Of a DNA stretch of 64,000 nucleotides, positions 37,140 to 52,025 are shown piece by piece. The stretch comes from Perna viridis (taxonomy: Eukaryota). The notes below the pieces were generated by a model, which worked only from the letters and a program-made list of their open reading frames with translations, searched no databases and was not told where the DNA came from. The stretch's first letter is position 1; every line of letters begins with the position of its first letter. The translations under genes were made by a program, and so were the position numbers. Where the stretch lies: assembly GCA_037379345.1 (NCBI GenBank), contig CM074518.1:8432001-8496000 (forward strand), given 5' to 3'.

Positions 37140-39805
37140 GATGGTATGAGATTTTTCCATTCCTGTCAAAGTGCAGAGTTCCCTGATGACTTTTGATTCG
37201 AAGTTGGCACCTTGGTCGCTGTGTATTCTCTTTGGTAATCCATAATGAAGAACAAAGTTGTTGGAGAAAGCATCTCCGGTGGTTTTAGCAGTTTCATTCT
37301 TAGTAGGCACAGCAACAGCATATCTAGTAAAATGATCTGTTATTACTAAAACATATTCATATCCTCATTTTGATCTTTCCAATTTCAAGAAATCCATACA
37401 TACTAGTTCCAATGGTTGAAAGGTCTCAATGGAAACTAAAGGTGCTCTTCCTGATGTTGTAGTTTTATGCCTGATACACCGGTCGCATTGTGTAATCCAT
37501 TGTTCTACATCTCTTGCCATACCATACCAAACAAAACTGTCGCTGATCAACGAAAGTGTCTTGTCTCTCCCTTGATGACCCTTATCACCATGAAGTGTAG
37601 TCATCACAGTTGGTATGCAAGCTTCAGGTAGTACAAGCTACTTGATTGGTTCAGTGTCCATGTTAACTTCTCTGTATAATATGCCATCAATCAGTCGAAA
37701 TTTATCAAAGTTGTTGACAAACCATGTGTTCTGTGGTAATCTTTCTAGTTGTTCCATCCTGGGTTTACGATGTTCAGCTATCCAGTAGATCCATTCTTGA
37801 TTGTCCTATCACTTTTCTGTTCCCTCTTTACATCAATAAGTTTCTGAGTTGGTAAATGCACATCATCTCTCACTACATTAGCACTCATGGCTAGATTGGA
37901 CGTATGGCTGGATATGTTGTAAGTTACAGATGGCCTTGACTGTATCAATGGCTATGTTGGTACGACCCAATAGTTCTGGTAGCCGGGATAAAGAATCTGC
38001 ATCGGTATTACTGGAGCAAGGTCTGTATACGATGTTAGAATCATGTGAAGCAAGTGCAGCAATGCAACGATGTCCGGTGGCATCAAACTTCGCTGATGAC
38101 AGTACATAGGTCAGTGGGTTATTATCTGTCATCACGGTGAACTTGTTTCCATACAGGTAGTCAAGGTACTTTTCTGTTACAGCCCACTTAAGTGCCAAAA
38201 GTTCCAGCTTATGAACAGGGTAGTTACGCTCGGTTTTGCTGAGTCCTCTACTTGCGTAGGCAATAACCCGCTTCTTCTCGTTCTGTGTCTGGTACAAAAC
38301 TGTTCCCAATCCTACCATTGAAGCATCCGTGTGGAGTTCAAAAGGAAGATCGTAAATGGGAAAGGCGAGGATGGATGTTGATGATAATGCTGCTTTCAAA
38401 TTCTGGAACGCTTTTTCCTGTATATACCCCATACCCAAGATGTTATTGACTGGCTTTTACCTTTGCCGCGTTTTGATGACTTCATAAGTGCTGGCATCAA
38501 GTCGGTAAGTGGTCTGGCTACTTTGGCAAAGTCTTTGACAAACTTCCGGTAATAACCAGCGAATCCTAAAAATCTTCTGACTTCTTCTGGTGATGATGGT
38601 CTCGGCCAGTTGGTTACTTTTTCTACCTTTGCTGGGTCAGGAAGTATACCACCTACAATATGACCAATGTACTTAACTCTTTCCTCGAAGAAAAATTACA
38701 CTTATTGGGTGATAGCTAAAGTCCACTCTCTCTCTCTTTGTCTTTCAATACTCTCTCTAGTCGGTGAAGATGTTCTTCAAAAGTATCAGCATAAATGATC
38801 AAGTCGTCCAGGTAAATAAAATAGATGTTGAGATACAAGTCTCCTAAGATCTCTTCCATGAGTCGTTGGTATGTAGCTGGACTGTTGACTAAACCAAATG
38901 GCAGGCGGTTAAATTCGTAAAATCCTAGTGGGCCGACGGTAAATGCTGTTCTTTCCTTGTGTGTTTCTTCTAACTCTACGTGGTGGTAACCACTCTTCAT
39001 ATATCCAACACTGTAAAATGACTGTTACCGCCTAGTGCTTCTAGCATTTCTTCACTTTAGATAAGGCATACGAATCTCCAATGGTCTTACTGTTGAGTTC
39101 TCGATAGTCGATGCACATCCTTAATTTCCATCTTTTTTCCGGCACAATACCACATTTGAAGACCATGGCGAGTGGGATCGTCGTATTATACCAGCAGCTA
39201 ACAGTTGCTGTAGGTGGTTGCGTACCTCTTCAAACATCGATGGCGGAATACGGCGATGCCTTTGCTTGAATGGAGTTTCATCAAACAAATCTATGCGATG
39301 ATGGACTGCATCTGTATGGCCAATGTCTGTGTCTGATGTGCTGAAGACGTCCCTGAATTGACGTAGTAGATCTTTACCTTGTTGAAGTTGTTCATCGTTG
39401 AGAAGGTCTGATGGAAAACTAACTTCAGCTAACACATCATGGACAGCTTCTTCTGTCATGTCTATATCAGCAACAGATACAGGCTGAATCTCACACAAGA
39501 TGGCATTGAGAGACACTGTGATGGTACTGGTCGTTATGTTGCGAATGTGGACAGGAACTAAACGGTTCTTCTTGTACTCGTATGACACTAATGATGGCGC
39601 AATGTCAAGATCTGTTGATTGTAGTATGCCACAAACAGGATTGTATAGAAGCTCTCGATCAAGATAACCTTGAAGTACTATTTCTCTATTTGGTGGAATC
39701 CTTATAGCCTTGCAATCAGCACACTTAACAATAGCTGACCTGCTGTTTCTCCTGTGTAACTCTTTTTCTCGGATAGGCAAATATCTGAAGGCCATGTACC
39801 AGGGT
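37140..39805 (-). mobile_element. Gypsy/Ty3 LTR retrotransposon pol remnant (RT-RNase H-integrase)
   Basis: PFKQRHRRIP..SPWSS, GYHHV..TAF..PFGL..YLDDLII, TDAS..LELLAL..TDNNPL, GHQG..C..C, IHSDQG; no LTRs seen. Confidence 0.93.
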
Positions 39806-39811
39806 TTGTGT

Positions 39812-39906
39812 ATCCCTCCTTTTTTCTAGTGGCAATCAAAACTTGTCAACCCTATTATCCTTGTGTCCCATCCCTTTTTTCATTTCATCATCATTTCATG
39901 TTCATG
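39812..39906 (+). mobile_element. ~510-bp retroposon internal fragment
   Basis: TTTTCTAGTGGCAATCAAAA..CCTTGTGTCCCATCCC. Confidence 0.8.
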
Positions 39907-39934
39907 TTAATAACGATAACCGGTAAGGTTCTTG

Positions 39935-40171
39935 TTTTTATATATAAACGTCTCAGAATGTGACGACTCTATTCGCTACATTGCTCCATCGGATCAAATT
40001 GATACAGTGAAGATATATAAACGTATAGAAAGGTCTGAAAAATTCCCAACGATGTTAGAACTGTCAAATTTGCGAAGCAAATTTTTGGTCGTTCCCTCCG
40101 CGGGACTCGAACTCGTACCGCTGTGACATCTATGGCAACACCGCCTGCATTAAGTCCAGCACCCTAGACCA
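39935..40171 (-). mobile_element. tRNA-like interspersed repeat
   Basis: Partial A-box and B-box GTTCGAGTCC; homologous to 61750-61915 and 44418-44520. Confidence 0.7.
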
Positions 40172-42339
40172 CTATATAACATAGTTCTGAAACAATAAAT
40201 ATGAAGTAATTAAATTTAAAGACAATCATTAAGGTGATTCACATAGTATTCAATCACTTGATCACAATCACAATAAGTAATATAATAAAGAACCCAGTAC
40301 ACACCACAATAGAATGTTCATAAGTTCAAAAGGTTACATGTACTTTTAACTTAACAAACAGTTATCAAAAATATGCAAAACTACTTGTAATCTAACATTC
40401 ACTATAGTTCAGTATTTGATTGATGTGTATATGTATATCATGTTGGTAAAAATGATAAAAGACAAATGAAATATCTTCCTTTAAAATAATACAATAATCA
40501 ATATAGCAGCAATAAAGACACATGACGTCAGAATTGGAGTACACACCCAAGGGAAGTTATCTTAGATATTTCCTGAACAGTTAAAGAAAATAAATACAAA
40601 TAGCTTACCATTTGTGGAATGAGCTATATTATGCTCGAGTGAACCAGACACTCAGTTTAGTTAAAACATCTCGGCAAATCTGAAACCAATACACAATAGA
40701 TCAATACTTGTTCCCGTGAAATCAATAATCAACTATACAAGTATTATAATCAATATCTGTGTCGATTCGATTCGACGATATATTTATCATTCACATCGAT
40801 AACTCAAGCAAATACAGTATGTAAAATGAAAAAGATTTATTGTACATCTACCTTGTACATTATTTGCACCGCAAATATGCACATTTCGTACTTCACAATT
40901 ACAGGATCAAAAGGATCGGAAAATACTAGAATGCGTTCTAAAAATATAGCGATATGTAAATATAAAATGATCTTACATGTATTACTCATACGCCGCTGTT
41001 GTTAACATTCGAGGATCGTGCAAATAGAATTCTGCGTAGAAAGAAATAAAATGTCCCTTATTCCGTTAATCATACAATTAGAGTGTTAAAAGAAGTGAAA
41101 ATAACTTACAGAGTCTTTATGTCTGTAATGGTATTAACTGTCCATCAGTTCATGAAAATGACAACTGGCAAGAGTTGTAGAATACAACTTGTATCAGTCA
41201 CATCGACCCCGAGCACTACTCTCAACCAAAAACTGCGCCAAATCATGACGAAATTTCCAATAACCAATCAAAACCAAAGATCAATAATTACGTGTACTTT
41301 TCAATATAGTCTATTTCAGATAAGGATTTACTAATGCTTTATTTTATTAATTTATCAAATATAGGAATTTTACAATACAAAGTAAATACACATATAACAT
41401 AATATATGGGTAAAATTCCACACTACTACAGCAATACATACGCAAATGTTATAGGAGGATAAATAGTGGAAATCTACTGAGAAGGTTAAATGAAATAATA
41501 AAATGGTCTATTTTTCTTTCTCTAAGAGACAAGATACGTCAGTGAAACTTCAATCTAAAGTTGAAGTTTCCCCATACCTACATGTATTTACTTGTGGGAG
41601 ATTGTCCTCATTTACACTGTTTCACATGTGAGACTTTTAAGTTATACAAAGTCTTACGTAAAAAAATTATCTTTTAGTATTTTTTACAGAAAATTTTAAC
41701 CAAAACCTCCCACAAATCATACATTTTATCTGGGAGATTCATAGTTTTTCATTGATTTTGTGGGAGCCTCCCCCTACCCCTTATTGTGGTTATTGTGGGA
41801 GAATTAACGGGTATGGTTTCCCTTTCACTAATATTTCAACATATAAAAGAATTGAGTATACTATTTTTAGGTGCTTGACTGTTCTTTAAGAATTGTAAGT
41901 TTTTGTAAGAACTTATAAGAATATTATACTTTATCAAAAAAGTAATATATCAAATAGTGATAGGTAACTTTTTACTAAACTTGTATCATTAAGTGCATTT
42001 ATTTGTAATTTGAATGCAATTCCGCTGATATCCACTTGCTCTTTATCATTAAAGTCCGCAAATTGCCCTAAAGAAAGCAATAATATAATATAAGACGGAC
42101 TATTTTTAATCCGTGTAACGACCATCATGGCGTCGTAACTACAATTGATGACGTACTCGCGATATTGTATTATTAACTTTTTGAATTAAAAAGCCTTATA
42201 CCCTTCAAGTTGTTATACTCGGAAAGTGCTTTTTCTTTTCCCACCTGTGACACTGTAAGTTGGAATATCATTGTCAAAAGAAAACTGATAGAAACAATGC
42301 AATGGGTATTTAGGTATAACTGGGCATGATAGGAATGGT

Positions 42340-42858
42340 TTGTTTGTTTTTGTTTGTTGGGGTTTAACGTCCGAGCAGCAATATTTCAGCTATATTCAGA
42401 TGAACATGAAATTGATGATAAAATGAACATGAAATGATGATGAAAGGAAAAAAGGATGGGACACAAGGATAATGGGGTCGACAAATTTTGATTGCCACTG
42501 GAAATAGGGAGTGATGGGTAGGGTCGGGCAATTTAGCCTCCTGTGGCGGAGCCCTATGGTTCCTACTCCGGGAGAATACCACAGTAGGGTTCTTTAACGT
42601 GTGAGGAACGTGGCATCTTTCCCAACACGGTGCACCACTATGGTTTGCGGTCAGGTTTTCCGTATTATGGCCTGACAACCCCAGCATGTAACACACCAGG
42701 GGTACCCCATTCCACCACCTGGGGCACACATCCCAGTTGCTCTGTGGGCAGAGCGCCCTTGCCCTCGGCTAGGGTTCTGAGCACTATTTAGTCGCCTTTT
42801 ACGACAAGCTTAGCACTGTTGCAGGCCTATTCTTTTAACACCCGGACCTGCACGGGGG
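42340..42858 (-). mobile_element. ~510-bp retroposon, full length (subtype A)
   Basis: TSD GATAGGAATGGT at 42328-42339 / 42859-42870. Confidence 0.93.
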
Positions 42859-44339
42859 GATAGGAATGGTAGCTTAATACTATCGAAGTCCTTGGATTGC
42901 CGCACTTCAGTCATTTGTTTTCAGTATGACCTTACTCTAACCTAGGTATGCCCAATATACAACAATTACGGCTCAAAAACCTTTATTTTATCCAGTTACA
43001 CACCTGATAGACTGACTTCTATTTTTATGATAGAATAAATAATATCCCAGTGTCTACCGAAATACGTTTATAGATTTTAAGACGATGTACAATCAATAGA
43101 CACATGCTTGCTCATCCACCCGGAAATCGTTCATGTTGGTTTTGTTTTATATCAAAGTAGCTTTACACACTGACTTTACAACATGACTTGATCGTGTTTC
43201 TTTGTCTTTAAATTTTTGCAGTTTACTGGAGAATGATCAAACACATTACTACCGGTTATCAAATTCACCCACCCTTATCGTATGTCTGTTATTTTGATGA
43301 TTTTCAGGTTCTTGTAGAAAAATTGAAATGTAATATTACTTACTTCGTTTTCACATGATTGGTTAGTTTAAGGATCCACTTTTTGAAAAATCTGTAGATC
43401 CGGCATAAACTTGGAGTCGTGTACTTGCGCTCTATCGATCTGGTAAACGTAAAATCACTGGTGCAAAACGGGTTCAATTAACAAGTTTATAGTTAGGTGT
43501 GTGGTTTAAAACGATATAATGGGCTGTGTAATGCTTCAGATATTTTAGAAACGACTTTATAAACATATCAAAAGAATTAACTTATTTTGAGAAAAAAAAA
43601 TTAACGCAGTCACTGCCAGCCTAAACAAATACATACCCCCGTTAAGCACAATGATCAATGATAGATGTACAACACGTCTATGAATGAATACATCATAAGG
43701 TCCAATACAAAAAGTAATGAATATCCATCTAAACCTAAGCACTTTCATATATACATTATTCTAATTTTTTTGGCTACCGCAACTGATGATATATCAAAAT
43801 TGGCGTTGTAGCTATCGACAATATTCATCTACACATTTAATAATATGAATTTTACTTAGTTTTATGAATTATGTCCTGGTCCTCGGCTAAGTAGAATTCG
43901 GTTAAGGTTTCATTATCGTAGCGGGATAACTCACAAAACAAAATTGCAATTCAAAATTTTAATCACTAAATCACTAAATTCCATAGTATCTTTCTAGGAT
44001 TGAATGTGCAAGAACAACGAGAACATGTATGCACGCACACACATGTATATACCGGTATATGCATCGCAAATTTGCAACCTCGCATCGATTCTAGAGTTAG
44101 GGTGTAGTTAAGACTTGATTACATGTATGTATGCATCCTTGTATTAATATACTATGTTGATCCTCGCCGTGCATGCTATGTATCTACATAGTAATGTACT
44201 GGCAAATAAGATGGTAGAGTTGCTTTACCCCATTTGACTTCTTATATGTATTATATACTTAGTGTGGCTGTATTTCTATACTGTTACATATCCTCTATTG
44301 TCTTACTCGATACCATCAGAGGTTGTCCTGTTTAGTTGC

Positions 44340-44570
44340 ATCATGTGCTAATGTTCGCGCTCTAGATTTACTTACGAGGAAGTATCACTCGGTTAATGAA
44401 AGCTATATTTTTAATATGGCCGAGTGGTCTACAGCGTTGGACTTAGTGCAGGCGGTGTTCCAATAGATGTCAGAGAAGAGAAGAGGTTCGAATCCCGCTG
44501 AAGGAGTGACCAAATTTGCATCGCAACCTCGCATCGATTCTAGAGTTGGGGTGTAGTTTAGACTTGATTA
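44340..44570 (+). mobile_element. tRNA-like interspersed repeat, diverged copy
   Basis: TGGCCGAGTGG and GGTTCGAATCC boxes; its 3' part is also present at ~44061-44121. Confidence 0.65.
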
Positions 44571-44572
44571 TT

Positions 44573-44574
<2 letters not shown>

Positions 44575-44625
<51 letters not shown>
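44575..44625. repeat. (CT)n(AT)n microsatellite
   Basis: Directly visible. Confidence 0.95.
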
Positions 44626-46048
44626 CATCAAAAATTTCATTTTTTGCACAAACAGCAGTTTCTAGTGGACTTTGGTATAATGATCGGAAACTTGGTGATA
44701 AGGTAAGAATGTTTTATTCCCATGCAGGACAAGAGTTTGTATGTCTCCAAAAGGTTATTATTGAGATTGTTTTATGAACACTAGTATTCCTGAAACGCAC
44801 AAATACATAGTAAGCATTTATTCGTTTTATCCGATTGGTGGATTAAACAATATTGTTCACAATTGATTTCCGTTTACACTAAAATGGAAACCAGAGTTAA
44901 TATATATTCTGTAAGATAAGAATAATAAATAAGGGAACGAAATACAAATGAAATACAAATAAAACGCATAAAAGTATAGAAAATGAGGCACAAATTTCCG
45001 GCTTTACGGCTTTTGTCAAGGGCAAAAAGTTCTAATAGTGAAGATTGTTCACCCAGACGGTAGAGACAAGTAACCTTCAAAATTGATCTGGTGACCTTCA
45101 AAATTGATCTTGATCATTGTGAAGACGCACCAATATTTTTATTTCGTAAGAATTTCGCACAATGAGTATGCACTTATAATTTTAGTAACATCTTGAATCA
45201 AACCCTACTGTTCTCCCTCTTTACACTTTCTGTAGCTGTTGAATAAATACGGTAGACGTCATTATGGAAATATTAGTTTTGTTTAAGTTCTAACATTAAG
45301 GCAACGCAGTTTTTGTAAAATAACAATTTTCTTTTATCGATGCAGCTCATGATAGGCTGATTCCTACTAAACTCTCACAATGTTTGTCCTGGTTGTGGAT
45401 TTTAAATCAAGAATGTACCTTACAATACATTACACTTTGGACACTATAAAAATATGTATTAAAGATTAAATATATTTGTTTACTATTTTGTCATTTGCGC
45501 ATGCTTTATCGTTTTTCACTTTTTAGAATCTTCCAGTTGTTATTGGGCCATATAGAAGCTCATTTTGACTAAAAACCTTGTTTTTCCATACATGATAGTT
45601 TTTATGGAATATCTGATTGTTCCCTCACTATGACTATATTGTCTAGAACTAATAAGGAAAAGGCTGTTAAGAATTGGGAGAGTCATAAGACTTTGTATTC
45701 ACAACCGTTAAACAGACAGAGAAACTTGGCTATCAAGGTAGGATGTCCAATAGGAAGAACATTATTTCTATCATGTAATGCAACAAGTTTAAGCCTTTTT
45801 GCTTAAGGGCTTGGAAGAGGATGAAGTTGGTAAATAGGGGGCGTGTCAGACCGTTATAGATTTGTTTGTCATGTCAACCAAGTCTCAGGATTTAGCTGAT
45901 CGAAATGGTGCTGTTATGCTTATTATTCGTCGCAGAACTGCTGCTTAAGGCTCTGGTTTGTCATCTTTAAAGGACATAAGATCCAAGTGGCAGAACTTAC
46001 CTTTCTTTGGAGATGGTATATTTGGTTCAAATTTAGACAGTTTACTTA

Positions 46049-46822
46049 AAAGAGTAATCAATAGAACCAAGATTCGGAAAGAACATAAAGCAACTAAAGC
46101 AATACATACAAAGTAACAAAAGTAAATGAGCAACTCGAACTCTACTTAAAACTGGGAGCATGGACCAGGTGCACCGGTAGGGTAAGCGTCCTCTGCTTTT
46201 CTAGAAACACCCGCCGAGTTGCTCATAAAAAGTCAAGTCCGGGGTAGACGAAAGAGGAAAGGAAAACTATGACACGTTGAACAAATCAGTTTTCATGAGG
46301 CAGATGGATACATCGTAACGTTCCACGACTTCATGATGACGACCATAAAACTTTTGTAGTGATGACTTGTAGCATCATAACTCTGTTCCAGAAGCCTAAT
46401 TGTAAGAAGTCTAGTGCGATACAAAAAGTCACGGCAAGCTCTGTCATAACGTATGAGTTGTGATATGAAAACTCCATACGCAGGTGCTGAAGGGATGTTG
46501 CCACAGATGAAAGGAAAGTTGACAATTCTAAATGAAAAGTCATCACGTTTGTCGTAAAGTTTAGTCAATAGTTTTCCTTTACCATCGATCTCTAAGGGTC
46601 AAGCCTCACAGTGTATCTCACATTCTTTGGGGTAGATGCGATGTATCAAATTCCCGAACTAGGATTGTTTAACGATAATACGTCACCTATATAGCGGAAA
46701 CTGAGATTAAATGATCTAGCAAAGGATGTTCTTTCTTTCGGAGCTAATCAGCTTTAAAGTCAACCTCATAAGAGTGAAGGAATAGGTCTTCAAGTAGAGG
46801 AGCACAATTTGTACCCATTGGA
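46049..46822 (-). mobile_element. Penelope-like element (Naiad-type) RT C-terminal half plus 3' UTR
   Basis: PMGTNCAPLL.DLFLHSYE, FRYIGDV and TKLYDKRDDFSFRIVNFPFICGNIPSAPAYGVFISQLIRY; the ORF ends right after the thumb domain. Confidence 0.85.
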
Positions 46823-48229
46823 AAGCGTAAGATTCAGAAGAAAGTTTCTGATTTATTGCAAGAGTATTCCTGTAAAAGAACCTGACTTTGAACCAAAAGT
46901 TTCTTCTGTCAGTAAAGTGGCAGAAGTTGGTATTGCTAGTGGTAATAGTACTGTTCACGAGAAAAGAAGCAACAGTAGGCTCCAGAAAGGTGAGACTGAT
47001 TTTAAAGCAGGTAGCAATTCGATTGTCAAATTTTCTTCAGAGTTCGGAGAAAAAAAAGCAGAGGACAAATGGGTACTGTCAGTTGGAGTCTCTAGAAAAA
47101 CAAGGACAGACTAAACCTCAATGTTCGCAATAAAGACCCCATCTCAGAGGGACCCGCATGTTCCCTCTGAATGAAAGAAAAGATCTTAATCTTATAAGAT
47201 TTCTGCTTCGTGGCATCGGAATGAAACCACAAATCAAAATAATATTTTACTAAAGCAGTGGCATTGTTATTTTGATAATGCAATTTTCTAATGAATGGTG
47301 TTCTTTGGACTGGCGTTATGGCTTTTCCTAATAATCGTCTTTTGGGCTATTTGTCAATATGTTAAGAAACCGTACATATATGTTATTTCAAAACAAGGTG
47401 TATACAGGCTTTTAAGTGAGCTATCGGTGCTCCAGGACTTAAAAGGCTGGTGTTTCCTTCATCAGATGTTATTGTTTAAATTTGTATTCTTAGACTTCAG
47501 CGATGATGTTAATGCACATCCAGATCTATGGAACTAGGTGTCCAGAAACTCAGCGCTTTTACAGGACACATAAATGTCTATGCGATCATTTTTAGCACAA
47601 GATCTATGGTTGATCAACAGAAAAATAGTTGTAGCTAGTTGAGAAATACATGTATATATCTTATAGCAACATTAATTTCAATAATTGTTGCATAAGTTTG
47701 AATGATTTGATTGACTATTTTACCTAAAGGTCGGTATATTGAATTTTAACTTGAAAACTTATACACTGGAAAAGACCAACTAGGAGTTTGTAGTTCAAAT
47801 AACAATTATGATGCAGGTTGTCGGACAGTTTTCTATTTATTCATCTTGGCGTACCGTGTTCACCAACAATGCACCTGGACACTAGTATTACACAAACTTG
47901 CGCACTGGTACGATGTCCCGTGTATTTTAATAAGATTTATTGAATGGTAATTAAATGTAGTTCGTGATCAGAATGATGAATTTAAAACAAGACTTCAATA
48001 TTAGCAACTGATAACAAGCTTATGTTTAGATACTTTCGAAGTAGATCCCCGTTTTTTTCCTTTTTTCCTGATCTTTATTGTTTTAATTTGACGCTTAGTC
48101 ATTTCTTGTTATGACTTAAATGCATAAAAACATTAATAGGGCATATTTATATATTATAAAGGCTTTGAATATTTCAATTGACAATATTTATATTCGAGTT
48201 AGCAATACACTTGACATACATGTTGTTGA

Positions 48230-48960
48230 TACTCCAATGGGGACCACCACATGTGCTCCAGCTCGTAGCCGATTAATTACCCACCGTTCATGGCTAAACA
48301 ATTAAAAGATCTTTCTAAACATGATCTGTTGTATGAATTTAATGATCCTATTAGAGATCGTGGTGATATTTTGGAAATAAATAATCCTAGCTTCGAAAAC
48401 TGTTCATGATATCTACCAAAAAGAACTTAAGGTGACAAAGTCTAACAATAACAGTACTTGTACACCCTTTCTTGATTTAGACATTACACTACAAAATGGC
48501 AGCCTTCATACAAAATTACCGAAAAAACAGCTGATTTTGATTTTCTTATTGTTAATTATTCATTTCTAGTTGGTAATATTCATGAATGATCTCCTACAGT
48601 ATGTAAAATTCATAACTGGTCCGTTTTGCTCGCATTTGTAATAAAGTGTCTGATTTTAATGACCGCAACAGATTCCTAACATAAAACCTTTTTCACATTG
48701 AAGATCGATATCACAAACTTCTAGAAAATTAAGTTTTCATTCACTGTTACAAAACTTTGATACCAAATTATAAAAGCATTTGCAGGTTCTGAATTAAATT
48801 GCGTTGTTCCCCAGTTTTTTAAAGGAAAACATAGTATACAAAGCACAATCTTTTTAAACAAAATCCGATATATTTTTCAACTGCCCTAAAAAGATTTATT
48901 CGTAAAGGATACTATTTTGAAATTATTGTCTATCCTTCGAACATGTTTTTTTACAAATAG
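48230..48960 (+). mobile_element. Second, diverged Penelope-like RT remnant
   Basis: PMGT..CAP, NNPSF, IYQKEL, PFLDLDI, DFDFLIVNY, LVRFARICNKVSDFN in order. Confidence 0.7.
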
Positions 48961-51503
48961 AAATAATCGACCCCTAATTGCATCGCTATATAAAAATTAA
49001 GTCCTTTTTGAGTATTGCATTACATCAAATCTTGCCTATTTGGTACTCGACGTTACTACCCCAAATCAGGTCCACTGGCATTGAAGTGACCGATTATTTC
49101 TAATGCTATTTATATATCTTTCAAATAACTGCAAATGTTCTATAAGTGGATGTCTCATTTTGTCTACATGGTGTATGTTTAGGTATATGGATTTTGAAAG
49201 ATTACTGAGGTAATTAAGTGGTGTCTTATTAGCTGTCTCAGTTCAATTTTGCCCTTTCACCAAAGGGGTGGTTAAAGCTTAATAAAACTAGGTACTTTTC
49301 CGTAAGAAGCTGGGTAAGCAACACCATTTCGTATTAACCTGTAAGTGCTTTTGTTTTCGTTTCAGCTAGTTACAACACACCTGTCTATGTTGTCTTTGAA
49401 AGTATTTACTACTTTGTATTTAGGAAATACGCTGGTGCTTGTTTTGCGTTTGCCATATCCGTTTTTACACTTTGTTAAATAACACTTATTCAACTTGTTG
49501 TTGGTTACAAGTTTTTTTTTAATATTAGATACAAGTTTTCTTAGCAATTCTGGCTTATTTACTTTATAAGACAAGTTGTAGTTCAGAACAGAAAAAGAAA
49601 TTTTGAAATTCAATGAGAAAGTTTATTTTGAAAACACATTCAAACACCATTTTTCTACAATTGCTTGGACCGGAAGTGTAACTACTGTGACCTTAACATC
49701 TAAACCATTTCATAATAAGTCATTTTACCTAGCATGATTAAAAAAAACTTTTAAACTTATTTTTTGACAGCAAATTTAGCTTCATAACACAAGGATTATT
49801 TTGCATGCTCACATTTCACAAGAATTAATGAAGACAAAATAAATGCAGTATAATAAATGCATCAATTTATACAGCCCATTGTTACAATTGAATCTTAGGA
49901 TACCTTTACTGATTCTTAGAAACCCAACACATTACACGTGTAAAACAATCAAACAATACTTACATTTGAAGTAAGGAAAAAAAACAGGACGATGTTACAA
50001 ACTTGTCAAGGCTCTTCCAGTCCTCCAATAGAACAATTGTCGGTATCAAACATAAAAAAAAACATGTCTCCGTGTATAACATATTGCATATCCACATGGT
50101 AACCATCTTGATGTCTTAATTTGATGTATATATAAAGTAGAAAAAAACATGATCAATTTCATTGCTTCTGGGTGTTTTGATTAAAGTGTTTACATAGTTT
50201 GTGTTTTATATCTGATATCTCATTGAATTTCGATATGGATTATATTTAAAATTAATAATAAAATGGAAACTTTTGTCTGATCCATTTGTTTCTTTAAAAC
50301 AATTAAAAACGCTTTAACTACCCAAGCTGTCATTGAAGATTTCATATCTAATAAAAATAACTATATAAAACCAATAACCCTTAATTTCATTCACTTTTAA
50401 TATATTTGAAATATGCTCCTTAATAGAAAAGAAATGTCTTGTTTCAGATAAGTTAGTATTTTAAACTCTTACTACGAGTTAATGTATCATCTATTCGGAA
50501 AATTCACGTTTGAATCGCAGAAATATTCTCCTTCTCTAATTCATTTTCATTGCAATGGAAGGGAAAGGTTGCTCTGGTATTGTACGCAAAAGATATACAT
50601 GGACGGATTGATATTAGTTACGGTTCATAATTACCTTTCGACAAATCTAGCCCCAATTTCACCACTTGTTTTCCTCAGACTACGGACAAACCTGTGCATC
50701 TAGAAAATGTTTAAGGCATATCATCTCCTAGATATGAAAAACTTACATCAAGTTTATGTAAAATTAAATCGAAAACTGGCCTGGTTTTTGCAGGGTTGTT
50801 TTTTTAATTCTGCAGAGAATGCAAACAAGTACTATATTTAAAAGAAGATAGCCGACGCAGTAAAATTTTATTCTTTTTACTTACAAGTTCCTACATTTCA
50901 AGGAAGAAAATAACACATGGCACGCATTTCAATTTTCGATACAGCTTTTTTCGAACGCCACTAATTTATCAGTATTTGACCAATCGGGAAACAGAATTGG
51001 GATCATGTGACTTGCGTTTCCAAAGAAGAGGAGCGTCCTCAAGGTCAAAGGATAGAGCGAAACTATAACGACTGTGTCGAAAGAATAAACAAGCACCTGA
51101 AATTCACTTGATATGGTCAACTTATTTACACAGTTTAAATCATCTATTGTGTATAGGTAGCTATTGTCCTTCTATTAACCAATATGTCAATATGAATAGA
51201 ATTGACCACATAGGGAGCATCTCAAAACTTTATCCAGACAGTATATTTTCGCCCTCTCTGCAGAATTGATAAAATTAAAAATCATTCCAGTTGTGTTATA
51301 AAACCAGATAACTGGACTGAAGTTGGAGTACAGTTCACTATTCATTATTCACTATTGAAAGTGAAGAGTAAAGTTTGATAAAATTTTTGATGATGGTAAC
51401 GATGGTACCGACGATGGTAAGAAAATTTTATGATGGGTGGATGGAAGTGGAAACCAAATCAACTTTAAACCGTAAGTTTTGTTCACTTAAGACATATGTT
51501 TGG

Positions 51504-52025
51504 GCCCCGTACAGGTCCGGGTGTTAAAAGAATAGGCCTGCAGCAGCGCTAAGCTTGTCGTAAAAGGCGACTAAATAGTGCTCAGAAACCTAGCCGGGGG
51601 TTAGGCGCTCTGCCCACAGAGCAACTGGGATGTGTGCCCCAGGTGGTGGAATGGGGTACCCCTGGCGTGTTACATGCTGGGGTCGTCGGGCTATAATACG
51701 GAAAAACTGACCGCAAACCATAGTGGTGCACCGTGTTGGGAAAGATGCCACGTTCCTTGCACGTTAAAGAACCCTGCTGTGGTATTCGATAGGAGTAGGA
51801 ACCTTTGCGCTCCGCCACAGGCTAAATTGCCCGACCCTACCCATATCTCCCTTTTTCTAGTGGCAATCAAAATTCGTTGACCCTATTATCCTTGTGTCCC
51901 ATCCCTTTTTTTTTTCATTTCATCTTCATTTCATGGTAATTTTATCATCCATTTCATGTTCATCGTCTGAATATAGCTGAAATATTGCTGCTCGGACGTT
52001 AAACCACAACAATCAACCAATCAAT
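51504..52025 (+). mobile_element. ~510-bp retroposon, full length (subtype B)
   Basis: TSD CATATGTTTGG at 51493-51503 / 52026-52036. Confidence 0.93.

Noticed and set aside
40600-41240. 5' UTR exons of the 29404-30468 gene (minus-strand GTAAG donors at ~40607 and ~41109)
   Set aside because: Splice-like motifs alone are insufficient without transcript data.
51504-51585. HDV-like ribozyme at the retroposon 5' end
   Set aside because: No 7-bp P1 from G1 and no P3/L3 (UCCUCG-like) or P1.1 arrangement could be built by eye.
51554-51606. Pistol-ribozyme resemblance (GTCG-loop-CGAC-TAAATAG)
   Set aside because: Pistol needs the hairpin loop (here TAAAAGG) to pair over ~6 bp with a downstream strand; no such complement is present.
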